In this document: positions 48,701 through 61,482 of the stretch, in pieces
Position numbering within the stretch: the first letter of the stretch is position 1
Layout of the letters: every line of letters starts with the position of its first letter
Assembly (NCBI GenBank): GCA_905178155.1
Contig: CAJINV010000001.1
Coordinates: 10,383,432 to 10,447,431, forward strand
Length of the DNA: 64,000 nt
Reading direction: 5' to 3'
From: Amoebophrya sp. A120
Taxonomy: Eukaryota; Protista; Dinoflagellata
Notes under the pieces: model-generated
Told to the model about the DNA's origin: nothing
Database searches by the model: none
Seen by the model: the letters and a program-made list of their open reading frames with translations, nothing else
Translations under genes and position numbers: made by a program

Positions 48701-51027
48701 TTCTCATCGCCGAACCAGGGAAGCTCCCGCAGGCTCCGGAGTCCATCAAGAGAGCCGTGGAGCTGCACCGCGCGCACCAGAGGCTTATCGGGCAGCATCC
48801 CGGCGTCGGCGGTCCGCACAACATCAACTTGCTCGGCGGCAACGTCGTACCCGGGCGCGGACCGGGAAACCCGATGCAACCATACCAGGTACCGCAAACG
48901 CAGATGCCGCTGACCCGCGCAGCACCCGCGCCTCCCGGGCCGACCTATGCGCATCACGCAGCGCAGTACACGAATGGTGTGATGCAAGCGGGAAGTAGAG
49001 CTGTGATGGGTCCGAACGGAATGATGATGCCGGGTGCGGGCGGTCCTGCGGCTGGAAATCCAAATCCCGGTGGTTTCGTAGTTGGCGCTCAAGCACAATC
49101 AGGCGGTCCGCACGGGGGTGCGCCCATGGGCGGAAATCTCCCCGGAGGGCCACCGCGCACGAATGGCGTGCAGCCGGGAAGTCACCAGCTCCCGCCGGAC
49201 GCGGTCCATCAGCGTTTGCTCATGCAACACCGGCAGCAGCATGAACGCAAAGCGGCCACGGCACAAATTTTGAATGCAGGAGCTGTGGGTGGACCACTGG
49301 TCAACAACAATCTGAATGGCACTGGGGCTCCGGGTGTGGGGGCGTATCCACCGTCTGGCGTTCCGGGGGTTGGTGCGCCGGGACCACCGGGACCGCCGCC
49401 GCCAACGATTGTAAATCAACACTCTTCGATTTTTTTCATCACTTGTTGGTCTTTCATCGCTGACTCGTAGAGAAAGGCTAGTGATGCAACTTTTTCTTCT
49501 ACTTTCGCATTGTCCGCGCCATGGTGTCGTGGTGATTCAGTCTCGGTAGTATGGCAAGCGTATTGACTCTTTCTGTTATGCTCGTCTTGCGAAAAAATAC
49601 CAGGGCGGACCCCCGGCTGCTCGAGCGATTCCCCCGTCAGTGATGGCACAGCGTGCGCGACCGCGCATGCCCGTGGGATTCAACTTGCCAGACGACCAGC
49701 GCGGATTCCCGATGCCCTTGTACTACAATCGTCCGCCAAATACAGCCGGAAGTAGTGTGGCGCAACCGAATCATGGATCAACTTCGTCGAACAATGGAAA
49801 TGCCAATCCCGGACAACTGACGGTGTCACTTTTTTCTATCTTGTTATCTCAACACACGCACGCTTCCGCTATTGTGATTGTCAAACAACATCTCGTGCGG
49901 CTAGCCTGCCATGGATTGACAACGCAGTCATGAACCACGTGTACTTATCTAAGCATATTCCGAGCGACTGAATGATCGTTGCTGCGATGGCCGCGTTGCG
50001 GAGCTTTTTGATCATGTAATCTCCTTCTTCCTATACCAAGTAGAAGCCGTAAATACAAGAATTTTCGAGCACAAACTAACAGCTCCCACTGCCACCGCTC
50101 CACAACCCGAGCGTGCCAGCCACCACGGGTGCTGCAAACGGATCATTGCAAACCGCGAGCACCTGGGCTCCTGGGAGACGATCGCCAGGCGAGGCGAGGC
50201 CGGCCCCGCGAACTGCGGTTCCGAACGTTCCTGTGGTGCAGAAAGCGGCACCAGTGGAATTACAAGAGCCATCAAGCACTAGCAGTGGTAGGAGTATGTT
50301 ATAAAATATGTGGATTTAGCGTGAAGAAAGTCGTGCGTTTTGACTTCATGCTCTTTACGATCAACATTATATATATGCTTGTGGTACTTACTGTACCTGA
50401 AACTGAATCCCTCACTGTCGCTCCGCTTGACGCTGAGATCCTGAAGACTCTTCCAAATTAAACGCAATTCTTGCAGGCGGCCAACAAACAAGCGACAGTA
50501 GCGAGAACCGGGGCGCCAGCTCTTCAGGAGCGGGAGGCCTCGGGCGTGGGCCGGCCCAGTTGAACGGCGGACCACAGTCCTCACGAATAGGCGGCAATCC
50601 GAGCAATCCCCAGAGTCAGGAGCAAACAGCTTTGTTGAGCAACGCTGCGGCGCGCGAATTTCTCGCTGCCCCGAGCGACGTGGTGACTGGCGGACCGACT
50701 TTGGTCGACGCAGCGAGGGCTGCGCACACGAAGCTGGCAATACAGCGTATGCAACAGGCACAGCAGCGCCGGATTGAGTCGCAGCGCGAACCGAGACCAC
50801 CGACAAACAGCGCGTATCAAAACCAAAATCAACACCACAGTCCACCCAACGGGAACAGCAGAATCGAACAGACCCGATCTTACCCAGCGTACGCCGTGCC
50901 GCCCGGTGGTGCGGGGACAGCGGGAGGAGGTGCTGGTGCGGCGCACCACCTGATGCATCACACAAACAACCGCCATGCTGTGCTCGTACAGGAGCGCTCG
51001 CCGCCCGGAATGAACCAGTTTCAATGA
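45776..51027 (+). CDS. Cid1/GLD2-type terminal nucleotidyltransferase paralog 2, with RRM-like domain and a P/G/Q-rich tail
   Basis: VFGSFSNGFKSGGSDLD, VPILKF..GVEVDFCINN, LNSYAYILLVIYFLQ, LPNLQ and IEDPYDLRHNLA. Exons joined by GT-AG introns. Confidence 0.9.
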
Positions 51028-54000
51028 AGAAATACGTCGCTGAAAATATTATCGTAGCGGCATCATTGGTTTCCGTTTCGATTGTATGATGTTGACGCTG
51101 AATCTCTATTCCACCGAATAAACGTTGTTGGAAAGATGCTTTTACTTCATTGTACACTTGAATATCTTCGCACTGCAAGATTCGTCGCGCCGCAAGTTTT
51201 GCAGCCCGAGCACCAAAACCAGTGAAAAAATGACGCAATGTTGCAAGGTCTATTCTTACAACGCAGCAATTCTTGTGTCCGTGTCGCAGCGTCCTGCCCT
51301 TTTTCGAGGTTCCCTTTGGCCTTCGTAAATTTGCACCTAGCTACGGACGACAGCTGACATTGTAAGTATAGCATCGGACAAAGGCTCTTCGCACAAAAAT
51401 AGGCAAGTACTCGACGAAAAAAGGTCAGTGTCGCAAGCAATATAAGTATCCACATCGATAGAAGTTCGCAAGTTGACGGTAGAATTTAGGAATACGATGT
51501 CTATCTAAGCCTGCGTTTTCGAAAGTTAGCAAGTTGTAAGGCAGCAAGAAGCAGAAGCAGCAAGCGCAGTCACAGCATGGCCGTGGTTGTGGTATCTGCA
51601 ACTTTCTGATGAAAAAAGTCTCCAGGACGTGAGGTTGAGAAAGAAAGTTTGAGTTTTTTATACTTGTAGAATTTGATTTCGAAGTCGCTCTCCCCGAAAC
51701 AAAAAATAGTACTGTCTAAAACGACAGCTAATTCAAATGTACCAGAAACAGTTTCTCACTCTTTCGTGAGGTATTTGTACAGCGATTCAATGGAAGAAAA
51801 TTTCTGTAAGAAAGTCGACCTATTTGATGATGAAACCTAGTTTTACTGACTTCTATATGCAATTGTCCCTACATTTCAAATGACCTCTTCAGATAATTTC
51901 TCGTAGATGATTGAGCGATACCATACGGATGTAATCCATCGATACACGACGCCTGTTGCGCCTATTGTTACATTGATCTGCTGCTCACAGTACCAAGCAC
52001 GACGCTAGCCTGCAGAAGAGAGCAGCTCGTCCTGTTCTTTCCTGCTACGCTGTCGCGAGATAGCTAGTGTCAAGATTCGCATGTAGTCGTGCTTGTGCAA
52101 CTGCCACGATTTTGTCTGACAGGTTCTAGTGATGTTTGGTAGAATAAACACGGCGAAAGTTTACTTCAACGGAAATCTTTGGGACATCGTTAACATTGCC
52201 CCCTGTAGTTGTTGCGCAACGGTACTAGAAGTCCGGCGATAAAAATCGGAGTGAAGAATGGAATAATCAGCGAGGGGACGAATACTGACATATTAGGAAC
52301 CGTCCTTCTCCTGGTCGTTCCAAGTTTCGCACCGGGCGAATTCGTATCAGGCAGAATATTGCGCAGCACCGAGCACCAATTTGTAGGGAGGATACGATGA
52401 CGCAAAGGTGAAAAGTACAACTCAGACGGTGAATTCTAACGGATTTTTCACTTGCATCCATTTAGAGATTCCCAATAGAAATAAATATTGCCACCTACGT
52501 TTCAGAAAATGCGATGCTGGCGATATACTTGAATAAAAATATTTTTGTGAAGATTTTTTTTACGAATGACAATGTAAAAAATAAAAAAAAAGTATTGTAC
52601 TGATTTTCCGGGATCGGACGAGATGATGGAACCTATATCTATGGCGAGAACGCCGCAAGCCTGCGATAACAGATTTTTATTTTTTGCGATGGCCGCTTTC
52701 GACCTGATATAACAATAAACTGTAATTGCTTGTAGACAGTGATATAAAAATAAGACGTAGCATCGCATGGCATTACAGTAAAAAGCTAGTGTGAACAGCT
52801 TATGGCATTCGAAAGACCTGCGAACTAGTATCGATGACAGGATGTAGTAGTTAGTGCGCTACACGACGAGGACTTTTTTTGAGGTATTTTGAACGGACCT
52901 AATTTTCGGCTTTTGTCAGATCTTTTTCACCCACTTTACCGTTTCTTCATTGAAATCCGTTTCGCAGTCGCAGACGAAAACCAAAACACACCGATGGATT
53001 TGGAAGGCTTCGGCTCGTCTACTCTCTACTTCCAGTCTGTTTCTGAGATAAAGAAAAAAGCACACAGAGATATTTTTTTCATAAATGTATTTCGTAGGCG
53101 TTTTTCATTGTTTCTATTGGAGGAAAGTCAAATGTCGACTGCGATCCCTCACGAACGATGGATGGATTGGGACAAATTTACGACTTGGAACATCATCGAC
53201 AATATCAAAAGCAAAGGAATTCTACAAATGAAATGTCTTTGGGTATATTAATCAGAAGGGCCTGAGCGCTGAGATTGCCACTTTGCTGGTCGTAGTAGCG
53301 AGGTCGGAACAAACAGTTGATGCCAAGTAGCGGATCATCGACACTCCATCTGATAGGAAGCAGCCCGACGTGAGTTTAGTAAAAATCGGGCGATCGACGC
53401 AAGAAAGCTGCTAGTATGGTCAAGGAGACGACCCTGCTAGATAAAATAATCCATCTGGAATATATTAGGAAGCTGTTTTATCTTACCCGCTCGTTGTTAA
53501 CATAGAGATATTTTCTCGTTTTTTTCATCATGATGACAGACGAAACAAAAACACCTATACCTTATCTAATAAGTGGTTGTTTAGCTGCATATGTCTCAGT
53601 TTCTGCCTGTAGAAATGATTGAGCCTGAGTTTGTTACGTACTACGAATATCCGGTATGCACATGCTGACGATGCCATCATTTTGACCGGCTACGAAACAT
53701 TTGCTGTTTGAAAAATCCCCTGGAGTTTCTAAAACAAAAAGTCTCGATTTTTACACTTGTAGGTTCAAATGCTATCGCACGCTTTTGTAAAAATATCCTG
53801 TATTTGGTCCTCTATGCTGTAATTTTCTAGTTGCAAGCATATGGCTGGAAAGGCTATTGTAGTGCTGCAGCAGCACTTCGTCGCACAAAAAAAAGATGAA
53901 GTGCGCTTTCTCCGTTGCCTACGTAGGTAGAAAAATGAGTCCGCCATGGAGGTCATACGCGGGTGTCGGATTATCAAAAGCTAGTAAGAGACAGTGCCCG

Positions 54001-55678
54001 TCACTGTTTTTGGTGTACTATTGTTAGGGTAATTTAATATGAAGACCTCCCAAGTTTAGTATTTACCGCTGGACTTGGATTCTTGAAAATAATCTTCACA
54101 TACGAGTTTCGCCCTGATGATAGATGAGTCCTTTTTGAAAATGGAACCCATGTTGTTGATAAAGAATCCAGAATATAAAAACGAATCGAAGAGAAGAAAA
54201 TGCCTCTGATTACCGAAATTATTGACGCACCACGTGGCTCCGGCCGCGTTGTGAATTAAGGAACTTCACATTTTTGACACTGGAAATAGTACGTATTGAA
54301 CTTTACTTTATTCGGAAGAAAGAAGAGCAGGCGCAACAAAGTGAAAAATATTTCGCAAACAGACTCCCTCTCCCGCACAGAAGTTCTACAACTTGGAATC
54401 TCAATCGGCACCCGTGTCTGTCATCCAGGGAGATGTCGCATAGCCAGCCGCAGAACGAATGAGAAGCTCCAATTCTTTTTGACGCCCCAACATCGAGTGT
54501 AGCCTTTGTTTCTCCATGCCCTTGTCGTTGCTTCATTCGACTTCTACCTTGTAAGTTTATTATCGTATTTCAACACAACTTCCCCCCCTAGGCCTAGAGA
54601 TTGCAACGAGAATACACCGAAGTCGCCATCGACACCTCGATTTATGCACCAAGTTTTTTGTTTCGTTCGCCAAGTTTGAATTAGTGTTTTTGTTTTTAGC
54701 GCGTCGCTGAATTCATTATTAGTATTATTTCCGTTCGGTTCTTCTCGTTCTTTGCCTGTTGCTTACAAATTGTTTGTCTTTTCGTTCGCACGACTGAGCG
54801 AGTCGATCTGTCGCCGGCGGTCTCATACGACAAAACACGAAAAAGCGGACGACGATGAGCTGCACTAACATCTGGTTCTGATATTATACTAGCAAATTTA
54901 TTTACATCTTTTCTCACCTAACGTGCGTGTGTTGAAGAGTACACTGTTCTGATTGAAAAAATATATTTCCGGCAGACAAAACAAGCTTTTGAAGATCTTT
55001 AGATATATTCAAGTCGCATATTTCTACAGCTATAACACCACATCGATTAGATTGCTACGTATGAGGTGCTTTTAGGATTGTATCTGTTCAGAAAATGAAG
55101 CCCAAAAAAGAAACTGATGAATTTGAACAAACCACTGTATGGTAATCAACAGTTCTTAGCGTTTACTTTGTGGATTCCAAAATTTCCATTTCGTTGTCAG
55201 ATATCCGCGTTTTTTTCTCGTCGAAAACGCCTTTATTTTACGAGCTGCAACTACATCTCGTGACGTCGAGTGTATGTCAGATGTTCATCCTTGGTTGTTC
55301 GACCTGCCTATTGCAGAGAAGCAGACCAGCACTTCGTTGCTGACAATTATTTTGTTGGCCTTAGCGGCTCGCTCTGAATGGAGAGTCTTGGTGGTTTGAA
55401 GAATCACCTCTCGTCAGTCGATTCGTGATGTAATCGTTAGCGCAACCTGAAATTTCTACGTTCTTGGAGAGGGAGAGAGAGACGTCGCAGTCGCACTAAA
55501 CTGCCTCCTCACTACTCGTGGTGGTGGTGTTGTTGCCGTTCGGACCCGGACTTCGACTTTGGTAAATTGAAATAAAAACGTAGGAGCTACTGCATCCGCT
55601 AGCAGAAAGAAAAAGATGGATATGGATATGGATTTCAACAATGTATGCCTAGAAACAGAGAATTGAACAAACAGGAAG

Positions 55679-58041
55679 ATGTCGTGCATTTTTCAGTTCG
55701 GCAGACCTGCACGGAGCAGCCGTGTCGCTCTGAGAGTGTCCAGAACGATCTCCAAGTCGCTCCGCTTGCTGCTGCTTCTGAAATCAACCGCGATTCTACC
55801 TGTCGACCACGTGCAAGCGTACACGGGACGGTACCTGCGCAGAGAGAGAAACGGAGTAACAAGTTCCAAGAAACAGCAATACGAAACGGAGAATGTAGGT
55901 GATCAGGAGGAAGACACGACTTCGGCCATCGCAGACCAGGAAGAAATCGAGCCGATGCTATTTCTGGAGCACCCAACCCCAATGCCGCCACGGCACGACC
56001 AGCTGGACGATTCTGTTATACAGGTCAGAGCAGGTGGAGGAGCGCCAGGACAAAATATCGATGAAATTGCGCTGTCGCGACCTCCGTCGAAGAGGAGTAA
56101 AACCCGGCACCATTTGGTGAGGCGCTTAATGCGACCAAGATCCCCTACTTCCGCAGTGGCAGCACCTGCCACCACCCAGGGGGTTGCTCCTGCTTCGTGG
56201 TGGAATTGGTTTTACGGGCCAAGAACTACTACCGAGGTGGTCGACGAAGCAGATCGTCCTTATGATGTGGTTGAGGAAGAAGTTCTCGACGAACCCAGCC
56301 CCGTGGCTGCTTCTGAAGTTGTTGTACAACAAGAATATGAAGCTGCTCCGTCCTACAACGACCAGGAAGTTTACCTCGACGAGATGGAAGATGTCGGCGC
56401 TCCTTCTTACACAGCCTCCCGCACGCCGCGTCCACGCTACATCGTGCGGCGCAGTCAGCCGCATAAAAGCCTCGCTGTCATCAGAAGAGTCATTGTGCCG
56501 CGGCGGACTTCTTCTACGACGAGGGATCGCCCGCGTGTGGGCGAGGAAGAAATTCTCGTCGACGGTGATGGTTCTTACACTGATGGACAAGCTGAAGAAG
56601 CTGGCGATCGCAGCCCACGACGACCGGCGCATCAGGAACAAGTACCAGACCTGCACAATTCGTATTCCGCGGCTCGAAGCGACGGGGGCCACGACAATGA
56701 TGTTTTCACCCAGCGATCTTCTCAACAAGTTGCAAGGCACCTCTCGTCCGCAGGAGGACAACACCCGAACCCAACATCAGCATCTGGGTCTTCTTTTATC
56801 GAACAAACGCAGCGTGGAGACGAAGAAGGGAAGAAGGAACAAGGGTCTTCTACCGGGTCCGCTAGCGAAAACAAGGAAGTCCAAGCTTTCACGCGGGACA
56901 TCCGGCACCAGTTGCTCGCCTGCCGCACGCTCGCGGACAATACCCTGAAGAAGCAGCGCACCCAACTCGCCGCCCTCAGCCCGCAGCCGCTGAGCGAGGA
57001 TCAAGACACGGAGCGCGCGGCGAAGCGGCTCGAGCTTGAAAACACGATTCTGGATCGCGCGAAGCAGATCAACGCCGACACCGCCAGTATGTTGACCGTG
57101 GACCCGAAATCCTTCCGCATCAAAGCCATCGACAGCAGTAAAGCCATCGACAGTGTGGGGCTGGACGTTGACGGCAGTGCAAGTAGTACTCCTCTGCGGG
57201 AGGCGACGCAGAATGAACGAAAGTTATATGACCAGGCTCGCGAGCAGATTACCTCGGAACAGCGAGAGCAGATGAAGAAGCACCAGGACGACGACCGGGA
57301 AGCGATGTTGAACTGTTTGCAGGTCGGCTCAACAAAGTTGGAAGGTGGACGGGCAAGGGCAGAAGCAGAGACGGACGCTTCAAAGGTAAATTTAAGTCAA
57401 CAGGGATACTGATGTCGATTCTGGAAATGCTTTCACTCTTCAAACAAGCAGGGCGGGTTGGCAGCCAAGTACATCTTTGTACTTCTACTTTTATCCCTCA
57501 GAATGCTTTTGTAACTGTGACTGCAATTGTTTCAATTTCCGTTCCCACACAGAAAACTTCCTACCTTGAAGCGGTGCGAGAATTGGAAAACACGTGGAAG
57601 CTGTTGCACGCCCGCGACCAGGCGTTGCTGGCGAGTCAGCAGCTCGGCAATTTACGATCCAAGGCCCAAGACGCGGGGGAGCCGGAGCGATTTGTCGCCA
57701 AAAGAAGCTGGGAAGAGAGCGGGAAGATAAGGGATTCGTTTGAGAATTTTTACGAAAAAATCAAGCCATTCACCACCGCTGTGACGGGCGTGGTGAAGAA
57801 CCAACGGGACTTGCAGCACAACTTGGGCCGGTTCTCGCGCAACCTGCACGCGTCCGAACTCTCCCGCGACATGGAGGAAGAGCACTGGAAGCGGTTGCGC
57901 GACGCCCAGGAGGTGGATGCGTTCTACAAAATCGGGGACATCAGTCTCACCGGTCAGTACCAGCCACCCAAAGACCTGCCGAAAGACTACAATCCCAACC
58001 AGAGACAAATGTACGTGCAAGATTTCAAAGCGAGCAAATGA
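55679..58041 (+). CDS. Hypothetical, possibly secreted protein with a coiled-coil C-terminal half
   Basis: 577 aa ORF plus a second exon joined by a GT-AG intron at ~57386-57551. Hydrophobic LRLLLLL near the N-terminus. Confidence 0.65.
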
Positions 58042-58696
58042 AGAAAGAGCTACTTGCAGAGAATGTCAAAAATGTATCGATTTCTTGTTTCTTGTTTTGG
58101 TGCTTGTACGGCCGTCGTGCGATTCAAATGAACTTTGCCTGTGCGACGAGCTTGTTGTGTCCAAAATCAAAGTGAAAACGTGAATGGGACCGGCTGCGGT
58201 CAAAATATTGCGTTTTGTATCTTTTCAGTGCTTGTTCGGGCGCTGACCTGTGCCTGTGCTGATTTCCGAGGCGAAAACCATATCTGTCTCTTTCTCTCTG
58301 TCTCTGCTGCACGTGCTAACCTCGTGTCGTTTTAGCTTGCCCGACAGCTGCTAAAAGCAAATTTTCCCTTGTACAATGAATGCGATCTCGTCCTCTTGAT
58401 TCGACGTTTTGCTTTCGTGAAGGTCGCTCGAGCAGGCTTTTCTTCCTGCCTCAGTTCTAGGTATCCTTGATTCGGTCGTGGCAGCAGAAACAGGGCATGA
58501 TCTAGTCATCTTCCATTTCGGTTCTATTTCTCTTCGTCTTCTTTGCTCAACATTCAGATTAAAAGCGTCACAGTGTTAGTGAAAACAGAGTTCAAGTATT
58601 TTACTACTGTTGTGAGCCAGGGTAAACAGGGGCCATTTCGTCCTCTTGAAGTTTTTTTTTTTAATTGAATACTCACATTAAAATTTTTCGACGCTC

Positions 58697-60978
58697 ATGC
58701 TGCTCGTTCGCACAGGTTCCTCTCGTTCCTGTAGCTCATCTTCCTCGTCTTCGGCTGGTGCCTACGCGAGGGCCCGAGGATGCACAAGCGCGCTACAAGA
58801 TCCCCAGCATGCAAAGAGCGTCAGATGCTTCTGGGCGGGGGCGTCTGCAAGCTGCAACAACCCAAGCTACGTGTCTGCCCGCGATTCCCACGTGTGTTGG
58901 CGACGCAGGTTCGATTTAGAGCAGGAGGAGGTAGCGTTTGCATATTCTCATCTCGACACCACTTCCGCTGGTGCGTCAGGTGGTGCAAGAACATACCACG
59001 GACATGCTGAGGTTGGAGGTGGAACCACGCCGACCACGGAAGGTTGCCTCGGAGCAAAAGTATTGCCAGATCCAGCTCCAGCTGCAATGCCACCTGATAA
59101 GCCGGTCTTCGACGACTCAATTGTCGCCGCAAACGGTAACAGCTCCAGCTCCATGTCATCCCTTGCCGATCTGTCGCCCCATTCGTCCATTGACGAGAAT
59201 CTGATGGAAAAGGTGATGCTAACGTGGAACAATACTGACCCCACCAGCAGCACCCTTGGCGACCCCTGGGTTGTCACCCAACTAGTGACGGACGGGTTCT
59301 ACACCCTCCACGACTCCCTTGGTCTCTCCTGGCCGGCGACGATTGTGGCCGGCAGTTTTCTTTTGAGAATCTCCGTTCTCGCCCTGCAGCTCCGCGCAAG
59401 GGGCAACATGACGAAGGTGCAGAAGCAGGTCGAGGGCGCCGGAGACTTGCAGCGAAAAGCGTCACGGAAGGCCAACGCCGGGGACAGTGAGGGCGCCGCG
59501 AGGCTGATTTCCGAAGCGCAGCGATTGACCCGGGAGGTGAAGCGGGCGAAGATCAAGTACGGCATGTTCGGCGTCACCTGGATGGGCTCCTACGTCAGTG
59601 CCATGGCCGCGCTCCGCCGCATGGCGTACGAGCCTTGGAACCACCCGAGTTTCGCAACGGAGCAAGCCTTCTGGTTCCAAGAGAGCCTCGCCTTACCGGA
59701 TGGAGTTGTGCTGCCGAGTCTAATCGCTGCCCTGGCATTGTCCATGTTGCGCTGCGTGTACTACCCCCTGCTGGAGCAGAAAGGTAAATGTATGATGACT
59801 TTGAGTTTGCGCTTGCTAACCTCAACGACGACGTCGAGGTGTAATTGTAAATGCTAAACTGCATGAGTGACTACTCACTTGACAAAGCAATCGCGTCAAA
59901 GACAACACCACAGCTCGCCAAGGCCCGGTAACAGTTCTCGGCCAGCCAGTGGACCTTCAGTCTTTCCTTCCTCTCCTCCGCCCGTTCGGGGTCACCGTTT
60001 GCGGCGTGTACGTTGCTTTTCTCTCTCCGTACTTCAGCGCAGGAAATACACTGTTCTACCTGTGCATACTATCCTACCACGGCCTGCAGCGAATCTTCGA
60101 GCAGTCAGGTTTTGCCAAGACGTATCTCTTGGGCGAAACAGCGGGGGCCACTGATAGCGGAGCTGCAATAGAGAACCGTGGACGGCAGGTACATTGATTC
60201 AGGAGCTGGTGCACGGACTATTCATTCGGTAGTTCTGCTTGTGGCTTAGCATCTACGTGTGGGTAGTGAGGGTGTGTGCGTGACTCAGACTGAGATTGAC
60301 GAATCATAATATTCCCAGGCAATTGCGGCTTCCGGTCTTAAGACCCACCGGTCGAGACTGACTGGCGCGCAACCGACGTCTTCGAATCAAGAAGACACGG
60401 AGCAGCAGGTGGAGCATCCTCCGATCTCCTCGCCACTGGCTGCCTTTATGCCTCTTTCCATGAATTGGAACAAGCGGGGGCGCTATCTTCCCGGCGGTAA
60501 CGCCGGGGCCGACTCCAAGCCCGCGAGCTCCTCGCTGAGTGTGCCACTGGCTCTGCGCTACGACGTGAGGGCCGCCCATCGCGTGCTAGAGGAGCAGTGT
60601 GCGAAACTGCAGCTTCAAGGGGACGCGCTCGAGAAAGAACGGCACCTGTTCAAAACCAGTAGGCTCTGGCAGCAGCTGTTCACGATGTACCAGAAGACCT
60701 GTGAACGGAAAAGCCGCCACATCAAGACCTTCGCCTTCCACAAAAACCACTACCAGGGCTCGTGCAAAAAAGCGGCACTCTTCCATTTGCGGCAGCGCAT
60801 TCTGGGCTACACGGCGGCCGCGACATCGCCGGAAACCATTCCTGCCCTTGTGCGAAGTCGGAATCGTCCATTGATCACAGCGCGGCCCAGGGAGGCGCCA
60901 CTCTTGCGGGGCGCACAACTGGCCGCCGCTCCAGAGGTGGCTGCACATGAAAGTGCAATGGCAGGCGCAGGATATTAA
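58697..60978 (+). CDS. Oxa1/Cox18/YidC family membrane insertase, probably mitochondrial
   Basis: LHDSLGLSWPATIVAGSFLLRISVLAL, ALRRMA, FWFQESLALPD and AGNTLFY..LQ motifs. R/S-rich N-terminus resembles a presequence. Multi-exon. Confidence 0.75.
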
Positions 60979-61482
60979 TGTTCGCAGAAAATTAAACTGG
61001 ACGATGTAACATCTTCGCGCCTTTCAATTGCAATGACGCCGGTGTCACTTAACAATACAAATGCAAGCTGCCAAGTCTGTCAGTGAGCGCGCATCTACTT
61101 TGCAGATTTTGTCTAGTCTAAAACGGGAATACGAAGTAGAGCTCCGTTCCTCTACTATCTCGTCCGTTGTTCATACCTCCTATTCGTGAGATAGTACTTC
61201 GTGTACAAGTACCCTGACTGCATTGGCAGTGCATGTGAGAGCTAAGGGGCGGGAGATGTAGAGTGTGTGTGTACAGAGAACGAGGGTCCTGCTTAAAGGT
61301 TGAGGTTGTCGGGATTGTCCGACTCTTGAGCGAAAATTTCAATTTGCAAGGCGCACATGCAACCTGACTGTGTCCTTTTGCCCCGGGGGCGTGTTGCTCG
61401 CATGCATGGCGCACGGGACCTTGATCATGACAGGTCGGAGTCCTCTTAGTTTCGTTTCTTTTGCAATCACTGTGGCGGAGCG

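Noticed and set aside
52509-52768. 10 bp inverted repeat ATGCGATGCT around an AT-rich 260 bp segment
   Set aside because: Too short, no TSD and no second copy in the window.
51028-55678. Possible hidden gene or transposase in the 4.6 kb gap
   Set aside because: Only short AT-rich ORFs. No recognisable DDE, RT or RNA-gene motifs by eye.
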